A stretch of 64,000 nucleotides of DNA from a virus. The notes beneath the pieces are model-generated. The model was not told the origin of the DNA, searched no databases, and saw only the letters and a list, made by a program, of their open reading frames with translations. Below are positions 49,582-60,250 of this stretch, piece by piece (position 1 is the first letter of the stretch; each line of letters begins with the position of its first letter). The stretch lies in IMG/VR virus record IMGVR_UViG_3300042386_001406, positions 1-64,000 of that record; one strand, 5' to 3'. The translations under genes were made by a program, and so were the position numbers.

Positions 49582-51120
49582 ATGGCAGTAGGAACAGGAT
49601 ATAGCAAAATAATAACAGATGGGTTAGTATATGCCCATGATGTATCTGATGTTTTAAACTCATACATAGGAGAACCTACTACAAATCTTATACCAGATGC
49701 CCCTAACAATGGTCAATTTACATTATCTAATAGTTGGGCTACTTATAACACAAACCAATATTGTGGAAATAATGGATGTGGAACATATTGGGCTATACCT
49801 GCTATTGCTAGTGTGTCAAACAATATTGTTACAACAGTAAGTGCTCACCAAATTAGAACATATGATGTTATTCAACCAAACGCTACAGGTGGTGGTGTAA
49901 ATGCAGGCCAAAACTATTTTGCAAAGAAAATATCTGACACACAATTTTCTCTTCATGAATATAATGGATCACAAGATGGATCTCAAGGATATATAAATTC
50001 AGCTACATTGTTGCCTAAAGTATGGGACAGCATAGGATATGATCAAAGAGTATCAGTTAATGCTTCCAGTTTCCCTACAGGATGGTGGGGTTATCCTCAC
50101 TTACCAAATTCAGGTTTGGTTAAAGAAGTAGTATCAGGAGGTGGAAGAAGACCAGGAACAAACTGTATGAGATTTAATGTATGGAGAGGAGATGGAGTAG
50201 CAGATGGTATGGCTTATGGAGTTTATACCCCAGTAACAGCCGGAGATATTATTACTGTTTCCTTCTACGCAAGAGCTGCTACGCCAACGGCTGTTGGTAA
50301 AGGAGGATATTATTCAACATATTTTGGAGGATATGGATCTGGTGGCGGATCATGGGTTACTGGAGCTTATGGAGAATGGGTAAGAAATGTATTTACTTGG
50401 ACAGCATCAGTGACATTTAGTTTTTATTCATATTTCTTCCCAGATGGATCTGGAGATCGATACTCTATGGATATAGCAGATTTACAAGTTGAAGTAAATA
50501 AAGGACATGCTACTCCATTTACAACAGGAACTAGATCTAATACACAAGCATTATTAGACATATCAAGTAAAAATAATACTTTAACTTTAAATAATTTGTC
50601 TTATGATAGTAATGCTCAATTCTTTTTTGATGGAACTGATGATGATATAAGAACATTAGTGAGCAATTCAAAAACTAATGTAACTATGGAAGGAATAGTA
50701 TATGTTAATTTAGGTACAATAGGAACTTTTTTAAGTAATGGAGATGATCCTGGAGGATATTGTATAGGAATAGGACAATATTTTGGTAGTACTGATAATC
50801 AAATAGTAGCATTATTTGGTTATGTCAGATGGATTTTAACAGGAGTTTATTACCAATATACAGGTTATCATCATATAGTGATGACTCTAGATAGTACTTC
50901 AACTCCTTCAATATACATTAATGGAAATCTTATAGGAACATACCCTGGTTCAGCACCTAATAATATATCAGCAGGTACAGGTTTTTGTTTAGGTTCACAA
51001 TGGGGTATTAGATATGCTAATACAAGAATACCTGTGGCAAAATTTTATGATAGTGCTCTAACAGCAGCAGAAATACGTGACAACTACTCTCACTACAAAA
51101 CTCGCTTTAATCTACCATAA
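49582..51120 (+). CDS. LamG-like protein with inserted carbohydrate-binding-like domain
   Basis: ITDGLV...TTNL...QVE...ATPFT...FDGTDD...FYDSALT. Confidence 0.75.
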   Translation: MAVGTGYSKIITDGLVYAHDVSDVLNSYIGEPTTNLIPDAPNNGQFTLSNSWATYNTNQYCGNNGCGTYWAIPAIASVSNNIVTTVSAHQIRTYDVIQPNATGGGVNAGQNYFAKKISDTQFSLHEYNGSQDGSQGYINSATLLPKVWDSIGYDQRVSVNASSFPTGWWGYPHLPNSGLVKEVVSGGGRRPGTNCMRFNVWRGDGVADGMAYGVYTPVTAGDIITVSFYARAATPTAVGKGGYYSTYFGGYGSGGGSWVTGAYGEWVRNVFTWTASVTFSFYSYFFPDGSGDRYSMDIADLQVEVNKGHATPFTTGTRSNTQALLDISSKNNTLTLNNLSYDSNAQFFFDGTDDDIRTLVSNSKTNVTMEGIVYVNLGTIGTFLSNGDDPGGYCIGIGQYFGSTDNQIVALFGYVRWILTGVYYQYTGYHHIVMTLDSTSTPSIYINGNLIGTYPGSAPNNISAGTGFCLGSQWGIRYANTRIPVAKFYDSALTAAEIRDNYSHYKTRFNLP

Positions 51121-51131
51121 TATTTATTTAC

Positions 51132-51479
51132 ATGACAGATAATTTATACCCAGATCGCCGTTGGTTAGTAATACCAACAACAATTACAAATTCAATTGAT
51201 TTTAATCAAGTTGAAGAATCATCTATTGACACACTACGTTTGTCTATAGATAAATCAGAGACATTTGTGAAATATCCTGTCACTGTAGTTACAGCATCTT
51301 ACACACAATCTTATTGGAATCCTGAAACAATGGAATCAGGAAGCTACATAGTAGAAGCAGGAACATATGGACGTCCAGATATATATTCTCCAGCATATCC
51401 AGAATATGAATATCCACCAATGCTTGAATTATTAGCTACACCAGCTTGGACTTCAGGTAGTATGCCAACAACAATATAA
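51132..51479 (+). CDS. small adhesin-array accessory protein
   Basis: IDFNQVEESSIDTLRLSIDKSETFVKY; paralog of 53653. Confidence 0.65.
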   Translation: MTDNLYPDRRWLVIPTTITNSIDFNQVEESSIDTLRLSIDKSETFVKYPVTVVTASYTQSYWNPETMESGSYIVEAGTYGRPDIYSPAYPEYEYPPMLELLATPAWTSGSMPTTI

Positions 51480-51490
51480 AATTTTAAGTT

Positions 51491-52195
51491 ATGGCATTTA
51501 CCAATGGACCAAAAATAGGAGGAATAACATTAAATCGTCAATACTTTCAAGACCCAGTATTAGGTAAATCTTTTACTGGAGGAACTACTACTACTAATTT
51601 AGTAGAAAATTCATCATATAACGCCGCTAACGCAACTGGTAAATTAACTAATGGTACTTATTTTTCATCATTAGGAGCTGGTTCTTTTTATTTTGATGGA
51701 AGTGATGATCAGATTAGATATGATCAAGGAGCTAACACTTATGATCCTTTATTGTTACCTACTGTTTGTACAGTTTATGCTTGGGTATATCCTTTGTCTT
51801 CAACAGGAGGTATATTTTCACATTGGAGTGGAGGACCAGTAAATTTAGGATATTGGATAAATGGAGGAAAAATAGCTGTTTATCAATATGATGGTGTTTG
51901 GACCAATTATGATAGTTCAGGAGCATCAGTATCAACAAATGCATGGTCTCAAATTGCTTGGGTTAGATCAAGTTCATCCAGTATGAGTTTATATTTAAAT
52001 GATAGTTTAAATGGAACTTTAACAGCTACTTCTCCAAGAGTTTTTGGAGGTGGAAATAATGGTGTGTTAGGATCTTTATGGGGATGGCAGTTTTTTAATG
52101 GTTATATGGGTGTATTTATGATATATTTTGAAGCTCATAGTTTATCTCAAGTACAACAAACGTATAACATATTTCGTGATCGTTACGGAGTATAA
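51491..52195 (+). CDS. LamG-like domain protein
   Basis: FYFDGSDD, WSQIAW, FFNGYMG. Confidence 0.75.
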   Translation: MAFTNGPKIGGITLNRQYFQDPVLGKSFTGGTTTTNLVENSSYNAANATGKLTNGTYFSSLGAGSFYFDGSDDQIRYDQGANTYDPLLLPTVCTVYAWVYPLSSTGGIFSHWSGGPVNLGYWINGGKIAVYQYDGVWTNYDSSGASVSTNAWSQIAWVRSSSSSMSLYLNDSLNGTLTATSPRVFGGGNNGVLGSLWGWQFFNGYMGVFMIYFEAHSLSQVQQTYNIFRDRYGV

Positions 52196-52208
52196 AACAA
52201 ATTAATAA

Positions 52209-52922
52209 ATGGGAATATCAGCTGGACCAGATATAATACAAGATGGATTAGTACTAAATCTAGATGCTAGTGATAAGAATTCTTATCCTGGGTCAGGTAC
52301 TACTTGGTTTGATATATCTCAAGGATTAGTATTTAATTCTTATGGAACTACAACTTCTTGGGATATTGTTGGAGGAAGTAGAGCATTTACATTTAATGGC
52401 TCAGGTTATTGGGAATGTGGCTCAGGATTCAGTAATGTTAATTTAGGAGGTGATTGTACAATAATATTATGGTTATATGAAGTAGGGCATAGTGTTAGAA
52501 AAACTATTTTTGAAAAAGCAGGAACAACATATGCCTCTTATCAACAAGAGGTAGCTATGACTTGGGAAGTAGGACAAGATATATCTTGGTATAGTAGAGC
52601 TATACCAGATTATGACTATGCTAGTACTAATGCGTGCACAACTAATGCTTGGAATATGATGGCTATTAAAATGTCTACAGGATTAACTTCTACATCTAGA
52701 ACAGGATTTTATAGTAAAAATGGAGGACCTTTTATATCAACTTATACTTCACGTAGTAATACAGCATTAATACCTGCTGGCGCTATAAGAGTAGGGACAG
52801 GATATGCTGGAACTGTAGATAATGGGAGTATATCTAGTGTATTATGTTATAATAGAATGTTAAGTGATACTGAAATTTCCCAAAACTACAACGCTCAAAA
52901 ATCCCGCTTCGGCCTCAAATAA
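52209..52922 (+). CDS. LamG-like domain protein
   Basis: DGLVLNLDASDKNSYPGSGTTW...YNRMLS...NYNAQKSRFG. Confidence 0.8.
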   Translation: MGISAGPDIIQDGLVLNLDASDKNSYPGSGTTWFDISQGLVFNSYGTTTSWDIVGGSRAFTFNGSGYWECGSGFSNVNLGGDCTIILWLYEVGHSVRKTIFEKAGTTYASYQQEVAMTWEVGQDISWYSRAIPDYDYASTNACTTNAWNMMAIKMSTGLTSTSRTGFYSKNGGPFISTYTSRSNTALIPAGAIRVGTGYAGTVDNGSISSVLCYNRMLSDTEISQNYNAQKSRFGLK

Positions 52923-52940
52923 TCAAATAGTTATACCCGT

Positions 52941-53645
52941 ATGGCAACACAATTCGCAAATGGTAAAATAGTAACAGACGGTTTAGTATTAAATCTAAAC
53001 GCAGCTGATAGAAATTCATATCCTGGATCAGGTACGACGTGGACTGATATGAGTAGTGGAGGCTACAATGGTACCCTGACTAACGGGCCTATGTATTCAA
53101 CCGGAGACGGCGGTAGTATTGTTTTCGACGGAAGTGATGATTACGTTCAAGTAACATCCCCGTTTGGAAACGTAGATTGGTCTTCAAGAGCATGGTCTTT
53201 TAGTGCTTTTATGAAGTTAGACGTTTTAGGAGATAGATGTTTAGTAAATTTAAATTCTGCAAACAGTAGTGATTATGTTGTAACAAACGTGTTTTACACA
53301 GACGGAAAGAGCTATTGGTATTTTATAAAAAACTCAACTGCAGTACAGACAAACTTTGTCCAAACGACTAGTAATTTTTCAACTGGTCAAATTTTTCATT
53401 TCGTAATGACCTATAACGGAAATGGTCTATCTACAGGAAATATATTTTTCTATAAAAATGGAGTTCAACTAACAACAACAAACGGAGGTAGTGCAGGATT
53501 AGCAAATCAAACCGGATTACAAATAGGCGGAAATTATTTTCTTGATGGAAACGTCTACAACTTTATCATGTACAATAGAGCACTCTCAGCCTCAGAAGTA
53601 CTACAAAATTTTAACGCCCAAAAATCACGCTTCGGATTAATATAA
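52941..53645 (+). CDS. LamG-like domain protein
   Basis: DGLVLNLNAADRNSYPGSGTTW...YNRALS...NFNAQKSRFG. Confidence 0.8.
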   Translation: MATQFANGKIVTDGLVLNLNAADRNSYPGSGTTWTDMSSGGYNGTLTNGPMYSTGDGGSIVFDGSDDYVQVTSPFGNVDWSSRAWSFSAFMKLDVLGDRCLVNLNSANSSDYVVTNVFYTDGKSYWYFIKNSTAVQTNFVQTTSNFSTGQIFHFVMTYNGNGLSTGNIFFYKNGVQLTTTNGGSAGLANQTGLQIGGNYFLDGNVYNFIMYNRALSASEVLQNFNAQKSRFGLI

Positions 53646-53652
53646 TAAAAAT

Positions 53653-53931
53653 ATGGAAACACAATTACAAGAGTATGACAACAGAGAATTCATGATATTT
53701 AATGTATCTGAATTACCACAAATTGATTTTACCCAAGTATTAGAAACATCAGCTGATACTGTTAGAAAATCAGTTGATGAAACAAAAACATTTGTTAAAT
53801 GGGATGGCACTATACCTCAATGTGTAGCTGATTTAACTACTAAGGAAGGACCATATAATTATGATGAAATTTTAGCAATTCTTGCTACACCAGAATGGTC
53901 AAATCCTGATACAGGTAGCATGAAACCTTAA
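53653..53931 (+). CDS. small adhesin-array accessory protein
   Basis: IDFTQVLETSADTVRKSVDETKTFVKW; paralog of 51132. Confidence 0.65.
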   Translation: METQLQEYDNREFMIFNVSELPQIDFTQVLETSADTVRKSVDETKTFVKWDGTIPQCVADLTTKEGPYNYDEILAILATPEWSNPDTGSMKP

Positions 53932-53948
53932 TATTTATACCAAACCCG

Positions 53949-53974
53949 TATCTCAGGGACAGTGAACTGAGGTA
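53949..53974 (+). promoter_or_regulatory. leader hairpin occluding an SD-like GAGGT
   Basis: TATCTCAG-ggacagtgaa-CTGAGGTA, ending 8 nt before the ATG. Confidence 0.5.
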
Positions 53975-53982
53975 ATATAAGT

Positions 53983-56900
53983 ATGGCTAATGAATTTGTT
54001 GCTCGCAATGGTATCATTGCGTTGAATGACTCTCAAATAACCGGATCGTTAAGTGTTGGCAGTAATGTTACTGCCTCTAATGCGCTTATCACAGGTACAA
54101 TAACTGCCCAAACTTTATTAGTACAGAATATTACCTCATCTAGAGATTATGTGACGGGTTCTACTGTATTTGGATCATCACTTTCTAACACACACCAATT
54201 TACAGGTTCTGTTTCAATAACAGGAAGTTTAACTATACCTTCTATTCCACAAGGTACTACTGAAACTAATATATTAGTAATAGATGGTGATGGTGGATTT
54301 AAATATAGAAATAATTTAAGTTTACAAGGTGCCCAAGGTGCCACTGGACCTCAAGGTGCCCAAGGTGCTGTTGGACCACAGGGAGCTCAAGGAGCCCAAG
54401 GTGCTGTTGGTCCACAGGGTATTCAAGGTATACAAGGAGCCCAAGGTGCAGTTGGGCCTCAAGGTATTCAAGGTATACAAGGAGCCCAAGGGGCTACTGG
54501 ACCGCAGGGAGCACAAGGCGCTCAAGGCGCTCAAGGTGCAACAGGACCTCAAGGAGCCCAAGGCGCCCAAGGAGCTACAGGACCCCAAGGTATACAAGGT
54601 ATACAAGGTATACAAGGCGCACAGGGTGCAACTGGACCTCAAGGTGCCCAAGGCGCTCAAGGTGCTCAAGGAGCTACAGGCCCACAAGGAGCTCAAGGAG
54701 CTACAGGACCCCAAGGTATACAAGGTATTCAAGGTATTCAAGGTATTCAAGGCGCACAGGGTGCAACTGGACCTCAAGGTGCCCAAGGCGCACAAGGTAC
54801 ACAAGGCGCAACAGGACCTCAAGGTATTCAAGGTATTCAAGGTATTCAAGGTATTCAAGGCGCCCAAGGTGCTACAGGTCCTCAGGGTGCCCAAGGCGCT
54901 CAAGGAGCTCAAGGAGCTACAGGTCCACAAGGAATCCAAGGTGTACAAGGAGCTCAAGGAGCTACAGGTCCACAAGGAATCCAAGGTGTACAAGGAGCTC
55001 AAGGTGCTACAGGACCTCAAGGTATTCAAGGTATTCAAGGTGCCCAAGGTGCTACAGGCCCTCAGGGTGCCCAAGGCGCCCAAGGTGCTCAAGGTGCAAT
55101 TGGACCACAAGGCGCCCAAGGTGCAACTGGACCAAACGCTGGAATTACTTCATATACAAATCCAGGTGATAATCGTGTTATCACTTCAGTTAACTCATCT
55201 ACTATTAATGGTGAGGCTAACTTATTATTTGATGGTTCAACCTTAAGAATAACAGGATCTTTAATACAATCTGGATCAACAGGTGCTTCATTATATGGAA
55301 GTGGTTCAGGTGTATTTACAGTAGATGGTACTGTAGGTAGATTATTCCAAGTAGATGATTCACTTACAGGATCATTATTCTCAGTTAATACAGCTGGTGG
55401 TTTACCTGTAATAGAAGCCTTCTCAGACAATACAGTTAAAATTGGTAAATATGGATCTGAAGCGATTGTAATATCTGGTAGTAATAATACAACCCAAATC
55501 AGTGGTTCAATTAAATTACCTTCATTAGGTTCAACTTCAGACACAACTGTAGTAACATTTAATACTACAACTAAAACAATAGGATATAATACAGTAGCAG
55601 GACCTCAGGGAGCCCAAGGCGCAACTGGACCTCAAGGCGCCCAAGGTGCTACAGGTCCTCAGGGTGCCCAAGGCGCTCAAGGTGCTCAAGGCGCAACAGG
55701 ACCTCAAGGTATTCAAGGTATTCAAGGTGCCCAAGGCGCCCAAGGCGCAACAGGTCCACAAGGTGCTCAAGGTGCCCAAGGCGCTCAGGGCGCGACTGGA
55801 CCTCAAGGCGCTCAAGGAGCCCAAGGAGCCCAAGGTGCTCAAGGAGCAACTGGGCCTCAAGGTGCACAAGGCGCTCAGGGAGCCCAAGGCGCGACTGGAC
55901 CTCAAGGCGCTCAAGGTAACCAAGGCGCTCAGGGAGCCCAAGGTGCACAAGGTATTCAAGGTATTCAAGGTATTCAAGGAGCTCAAGGTTCACAAGGTGC
56001 CCAAGGTTCTCAAGGTGCACAAGGTGCAACTGGGCCTCAAGGAGCTCAAGGTGCTACTGGTCCAAATGCAGGTATAACTTCATATACAAATCCAGGCGAT
56101 AATAGAGTATTAACTTCAGTTAACTCATCTACTATCAATGCTGAGACAAATTTAACATTTGATGGATCTACATTAACTGTATCTGGAAGTACAGCAAATA
56201 AAGTATCAGTTATAGGTTCAGGTAGTGGTGTAAATACAACTCTATTCTCAGTAGATGGAGCTAATGGTAGATTATTTGAAGTATCAGATGATTTATCTAA
56301 CTCACTATTTTCAGTTAATACTATTGCAGGTATTCCTGTAATTGAAGCATTCGCTGATAATACAGTTAAATTAGGTAAGTTTGGAGCTGAAGCTATTGTA
56401 ATATCAGGAAGTAACAATACAACTCAGATTAGTGGTTCTATTAAATTACCGAGTTTAGGATCTACATCTGATACTACAGTTGTTACTTTTAATACAACAA
56501 CAAAAACTATAGGATATAATACAGTAGCAGGTCCTCAAGGTGCACAGGGTGCTCAAGGTGCACAGGGTGCTCAAGGTGCTCAAGGTGCTCAAGGTATTCA
56601 AGGTATTCAAGGCTCTCAAGGAGCCCAAGGCTCTCAAGGTGCCCAAGGAGCCCAAGGTGCAACAGGCCCTCAAGGTGCCCAAGGTGCTCAAGGATCTCAA
56701 GGTGCACAAGGCGCCCAAGGCGCTCAAGGCGCGACAGGCCCTCAAGGTGCCCAAGGTGCTCAAGGATCTCAAGGTGCACAAGGCGCACAAGGAGCCCAAG
56801 GCGCGACAGGCCCACAAGGTGCTCAGGGTAGCCAAGGCGCTCAAGGAGCACAGGGTGCCCAGGGAGCATCTGGCGCCACTATCTTAGGTAGTGCTAATAC

Positions 56901-57942
56901 ATGGACTGGTGCTAACTATTTCCAAAGCAATCTTGGTGGATATGCTGGTGTTTTAAGTAGTCCTCCTCTTCAAGCATATTCAACATCTAACAACTCAGCA
57001 TTTATGTCTTTTCATAAAGGAGGAGTATATGCTGTTAATATGGGATTAGATGCTGATGATGTTTTAAGAATTGGTGGATGGAGTGCTTCAGCTAATAGAT
57101 GGCAACTTGACATGAGCGGTAATAATACTGTTGCTAGTTCTTTCAGAGCCCCAATATTCTATGATTCGGATAATACAGGATATTATTTAAATCCAGCTAG
57201 TACATCTAATATAAATCAAACCCAGTTAGACTATAATATGGCTACTGGTGTTGGTAATAATAGTTTTAATGTATCTAAATCTTTACTAGGTAGTATTCAT
57301 ATAGTAAATGGAGCTGGTCCTTCATCTGGTGATGGAAGACAAGCAGGTATTACTTTTATGGGAAGTTCAGCTTCAGAAGCTCAAGCTGGTATATATGTTG
57401 GTAATAATAACAGTGCTGGTACTTACATGGGATTTGCTACAACAGATTCTTATGCTACTGGTCCTCAATTATTCATGTCAGCTTATAATGGTGGATATGT
57501 TTACTTTCATAGATCATATGTTGAAGCTGCGGGTTCATTCCGTGCTCCAATATTCTATGATTCAGCTAATACAGCATATTACTTTGATGGTTCAGCTACA
57601 GGTGACTCAATTCGTGTAGCTGGTGATGTAGTAGCTTATTACTCAGATGAACGTTTAAAAGATATTAAATGTAATATATCAGATGCTTTATCTAAAGTAA
57701 TGACTTTAAATGGTTTCTATTATGAACCAAATAAAATAGCTCAGTCATTTGGATATGAGAAAAAATTACAAATAGGTTTATCAGCCCAACAAGTAGAAAC
57801 TGTTTTACCTGAAGTTATTAAAGATGCTCCTATAGGAAATGGATATAAAACATTAGATTATTCTAAATTAGTACCATTACTTATTGAAGCCATCAAAGAA
57901 CAACAAAAACAAATTGATGAGTTAAAAACTAAATTAAAATAA
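53983..57942 (+). CDS. collagen-like tail fibre with C-terminal S74 intramolecular chaperone
   Basis: Three G-X-Y tracts; YSDERLK...GLSAQQV...[16 protein letters not shown]. Confidence 0.9.
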   Translation: MANEFVARNGIIALNDSQITGSLSVGSNVTASNALITGTITAQTLLVQNITSSRDYVTGSTVFGSSLSNTHQFTGSVSITGSLTIPSIPQGTTETNILVIDGDGGFKYRNNLSLQGAQGATGPQGAQGAVGPQGAQGAQGAVGPQGIQGIQGAQGAVGPQGIQGIQGAQGATGPQGAQGAQGAQGATGPQGAQGAQGATGPQGIQGIQGIQGAQGATGPQGAQGAQGAQGATGPQGAQGATGPQGIQGIQGIQGIQGAQGATGPQGAQGAQGTQGATGPQGIQGIQGIQGIQGAQGATGPQGAQGAQGAQGATGPQGIQGVQGAQGATGPQGIQGVQGAQGATGPQGIQGIQGAQGATGPQGAQGAQGAQGAIGPQGAQGATGPNAGITSYTNPGDNRVITSVNSSTINGEANLLFDGSTLRITGSLIQSGSTGASLYGSGSGVFTVDGTVGRLFQVDDSLTGSLFSVNTAGGLPVIEAFSDNTVKIGKYGSEAIVISGSNNTTQISGSIKLPSLGSTSDTTVVTFNTTTKTIGYNTVAGPQGAQGATGPQGAQGATGPQGAQGAQGAQGATGPQGIQGIQGAQGAQGATGPQGAQGAQGAQGATGPQGAQGAQGAQGAQGATGPQGAQGAQGAQGATGPQGAQGNQGAQGAQGAQGIQGIQGIQGAQGSQGAQGSQGAQGATGPQGAQGATGPNAGITSYTNPGDNRVLTSVNSSTINAETNLTFDGSTLTVSGSTANKVSVIGSGSGVNTTLFSVDGANGRLFEVSDDLSNSLFSVNTIAGIPVIEAFADNTVKLGKFGAEAIVISGSNNTTQISGSIKLPSLGSTSDTTVVTFNTTTKTIGYNTVAGPQGAQGAQGAQGAQGAQGAQGIQGIQGSQGAQGSQGAQGAQGATGPQGAQGAQGSQGAQGAQGAQGATGPQGAQGAQGSQGAQGAQGAQGATGPQGAQGSQGAQGAQGAQGASGATILGSANTWTGANYFQSNLGGYAGVLSSPPLQAYSTSNNSAFMSFHKGGVYAVNMGLDADDVLRIGGWSASANRWQLDMSGNNTVASSFRAPIFYDSDNTGYYLNPASTSNINQTQLDYNMATGVGNNSFNVSKSLLGSIHIVNGAGPSSGDGRQAGITFMGSSASEAQAGIYVGNNNSAGTYMGFATTDSYATGPQLFMSAYNGGYVYFHRSYVEAAGSFRAPIFYDSANTAYYFDGSATGDSIRVAGDVVAYYSDERLKDIKCNISDALSKVMTLNGFYYEPNKIAQSFGYEKKLQIGLSAQQVETVLPEVIKDAPIGNGYKTLDYSKLVPLLIEAIKEQQKQIDELKTKLK
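54328..56880 (+). repeat. collagen G-X-Y tracts (54328-55137, 55600-56067, 56530-56880)
   Basis: [15 protein letters not shown] triplets; two duplicated spacer domains between the tracts. Confidence 0.95.
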
Positions 57943-57949
57943 AGTTTTT

Positions 57950-58873
57950 ATGGCTTTACCAGCTAGTGGACAAATATCAATGAATAATATTAGAACTGAG
58001 TTAGGGATATCTACTCAATCACCTTTCTCTCTAGATACTGCTATAGATGGTGGATATGTTTATCTTAATGAATGTAGCGCTGCTAGACCAAACGCTGCTA
58101 CCCCACAAACAATAAGTGAATGGTATAGCTATAATCATAGCGCTGTTTGTACAAATAGAGGTAGTTTTAAATTTAGCAGCACTAGTTGTGCTGATGCTTG
58201 TACTGGACCTTTTACAACAACTCTTTATTCTTGTGGATTATCAATTGGAAATATTCTTAGATCAGGATTAATATCTCCAGGTAACTACTGTGGAGGTCCT
58301 GTTATTAATATTGTTGGATATTATAGCAATGGAACAACATGTTATCAAGTTACTGATCAAACTATTGTAGCTATATCTTCTTGTCCTACTCCAACACCTA
58401 CACCAACACCAACCCCTACTCCAACACCAACACCTACTCCAACACCTACACCAACACCTACACCAACACCTTCATCAGGTGTTACTATTACAGTATATAC
58501 TAAACAAAATACTAATGGTGTTGGAAATGGATATAGTGTTTATTATCGTCTAAACGGATGTAGTGGAAAGGGTGCATGGCAACAGTTATCTTGTGGTAGT
58601 TGCCCAACTAGTGATAGCTGCTCAGCTTGCTCTGGTACTATCTCAGCTAATTCAAACCAAGATATATCAATCGCTATACTAGATTGTAGTCTTGGAACAG
58701 GTATATCATTTAATGCTAGTGATAATACAAGTACTTGTCCTTCAAACGCAGCTAACTATTGTGATAATGCTGACTGTACAGGTACACCATTCACATTTAA
58801 TTCTGGTACATCAAATAAAAATATAGCAATTAATGTTTATACAGGTAAACTTGGATATTTGTATTGCTTATAA
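57950..58873 (+). CDS. fibre-associated protein: two Cys-rich domains joined by a PT stalk
   Basis: MALPASGQISMNNIRTE start typical of genes following S74 fibres; PT at 58385-58472. Confidence 0.65.
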   Translation: MALPASGQISMNNIRTELGISTQSPFSLDTAIDGGYVYLNECSAARPNAATPQTISEWYSYNHSAVCTNRGSFKFSSTSCADACTGPFTTTLYSCGLSIGNILRSGLISPGNYCGGPVINIVGYYSNGTTCYQVTDQTIVAISSCPTPTPTPTPTPTPTPTPTPTPTPTPTPTPSSGVTITVYTKQNTNGVGNGYSVYYRLNGCSGKGAWQQLSCGSCPTSDSCSACSGTISANSNQDISIAILDCSLGTGISFNASDNTSTCPSNAANYCDNADCTGTPFTFNSGTSNKNIAINVYTGKLGYLYCL

Positions 58874-58887
58874 TAAATTAATTAATT

Positions 58888-59730
58888 ATGCCATATAGTG
58901 AAGGTACAAAACAATATGTTGGAAGAAGTACAGTAACAAATTATTCAATACCAAGTCCAAATCCTTTTGCTGAAGGTAGTATATCAGTACCTAGAGTATT
59001 AAATTACACAAATGGTATAAGAACTGTTCCTATAATGCATAGAGCATTTAGAAATTTAGAGATAAAATATGCTAATGCTTTAGTAGCCACAGCTTGTGAA
59101 TATAGAGGTGTTAGTGCTGGTAGTTTAAGAGTTTTAGATATTGGATATGGATTAGGATATAGTACCCAAAGATTCTATGAATTAGGAGTTGGTACTTATC
59201 ACTGTGTTGAATTAAATGAAAGTATATGGAATGACGCTAATAGCCATGATTATGCTCAAGGCAGTGGTGCAGCAGTGGCTATCCCTGAAAGTTATCAGTT
59301 TTTTTGGACTAGTTTTGAACAATACGCTGATGGCTATGAGGGGGGAAAAGGTGAGGAGGCACAATGGTATGATATAATATATTATAGTCCAAGTGATGAT
59401 TTTGGTAATATGGGAATATTTAATATCCTTAGACGAGTAAGTAAACAAGGCACTATATTAGGTGTTCAAGGTATCCCTTTATTTGGTAGCGCGGTGAATA
59501 TAGGTGACTTTGTTGTTCAAACACCAAGTGGAGTAGCTCCAGATGCTGATGTTTATGATTCTTCTTTTACAGTTGGTATGTATAATGCTCTAAATAATAT
59601 AGGATATTTTAGTGTATATTTTCAATACTTAAATTGTGATGGAGGAGATGGATTCGGTCTTCCATTCCCTATTGAGGTTGGAAGTCCATGCGGTAATGGA
59701 ACATGGATGTCTGATCAACCACGTTTATAA
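58888..59730 (+). CDS. class I SAM-dependent methyltransferase-like protein
   Basis: VLDIGYGLG motif I, HCVELN motif II, YDIIY. Confidence 0.7.
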   Translation: MPYSEGTKQYVGRSTVTNYSIPSPNPFAEGSISVPRVLNYTNGIRTVPIMHRAFRNLEIKYANALVATACEYRGVSAGSLRVLDIGYGLGYSTQRFYELGVGTYHCVELNESIWNDANSHDYAQGSGAAVAIPESYQFFWTSFEQYADGYEGGKGEEAQWYDIIYYSPSDDFGNMGIFNILRRVSKQGTILGVQGIPLFGSAVNIGDFVVQTPSGVAPDADVYDSSFTVGMYNALNNIGYFSVYFQYLNCDGGDGFGLPFPIEVGSPCGNGTWMSDQPRL

Positions 59731-59791
59731 AAATTACAATTTGGTTACCTTACAAATCTAATATATATTTATATATAACAATAAATAAATT

Positions 59792-60250
59792 ATGGGAAAA
59801 ATCACATTAAAGTTACATGAAATTTATTCACTACATGGTGAATTAAACGGTTTAGTAAATAATCAAACTGGTGAAGTTGTTTCAAAAGGATTATTAGCTG
59901 AAAAACTTAAACTAAGTACCAAATACTATGTTACTGAATTAGCTAAAACCGTTGATAAAGAAAGAGAAATAGTTGATAAAGTAAAAGAAGAATTAATTAA
60001 AAAACATGGTGAAGTAGATGAAAATGGAGGTGTTTTCATTTCACGATTTATCAACACTGTAAAAAATGAAGAAGGTAAGATCATATCAGGAGATATTAAT
60101 CCTAAGATAATATCTTTTGAAAAAGAATTTAATGAGTTTCTTCAAGATGAAAAAACCATTGAATATAAAGAATTTAAACTATCTGATTTTGATGGTATTG
60201 AAACTGAAGGTATTTACACTACTTTTTTTAAACTTGTAAAACCTGAATAA
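59792..60250 (+). CDS. phage protein (possible tail assembly chaperone)
   Basis: LIKKHG...FNEFL; helical. Confidence 0.5.
   Translation: MGKITLKLHEIYSLHGELNGLVNNQTGEVVSKGLLAEKLKLSTKYYVTELAKTVDKEREIVDKVKEELIKKHGEVDENGGVFISRFINTVKNEEGKIISGDINPKIISFEKEFNEFLQDEKTIEYKEFKLSDFDGIETEGIYTTFFKLVKPE

Noticed and set aside
54322-56887. Alternative-frame ORFs over the collagen region
   Set aside because: Stop-free by-products of the G-X-Q codon repeat
47821-57942. Diversity-generating retroelement or invertase shufflon acting on adhesins
   Set aside because: No reverse transcriptase, recombinase, adenine-specific TR/VR pair or inverted cassettes seen in this window
3058-58472. Repeats as a CRISPR array
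   Set aside because: All are in-frame coding repeats without a repeat-spacer pattern; the Cas4-like gene is a standalone phage exonuclease
609-59448. All minus-strand ORFs in the track (e.g. 3009..3365, 19873..20619, 34134..34682)
   Set aside because: They are antisense shadows of strong + strand genes or repeats, with no motifs of their own
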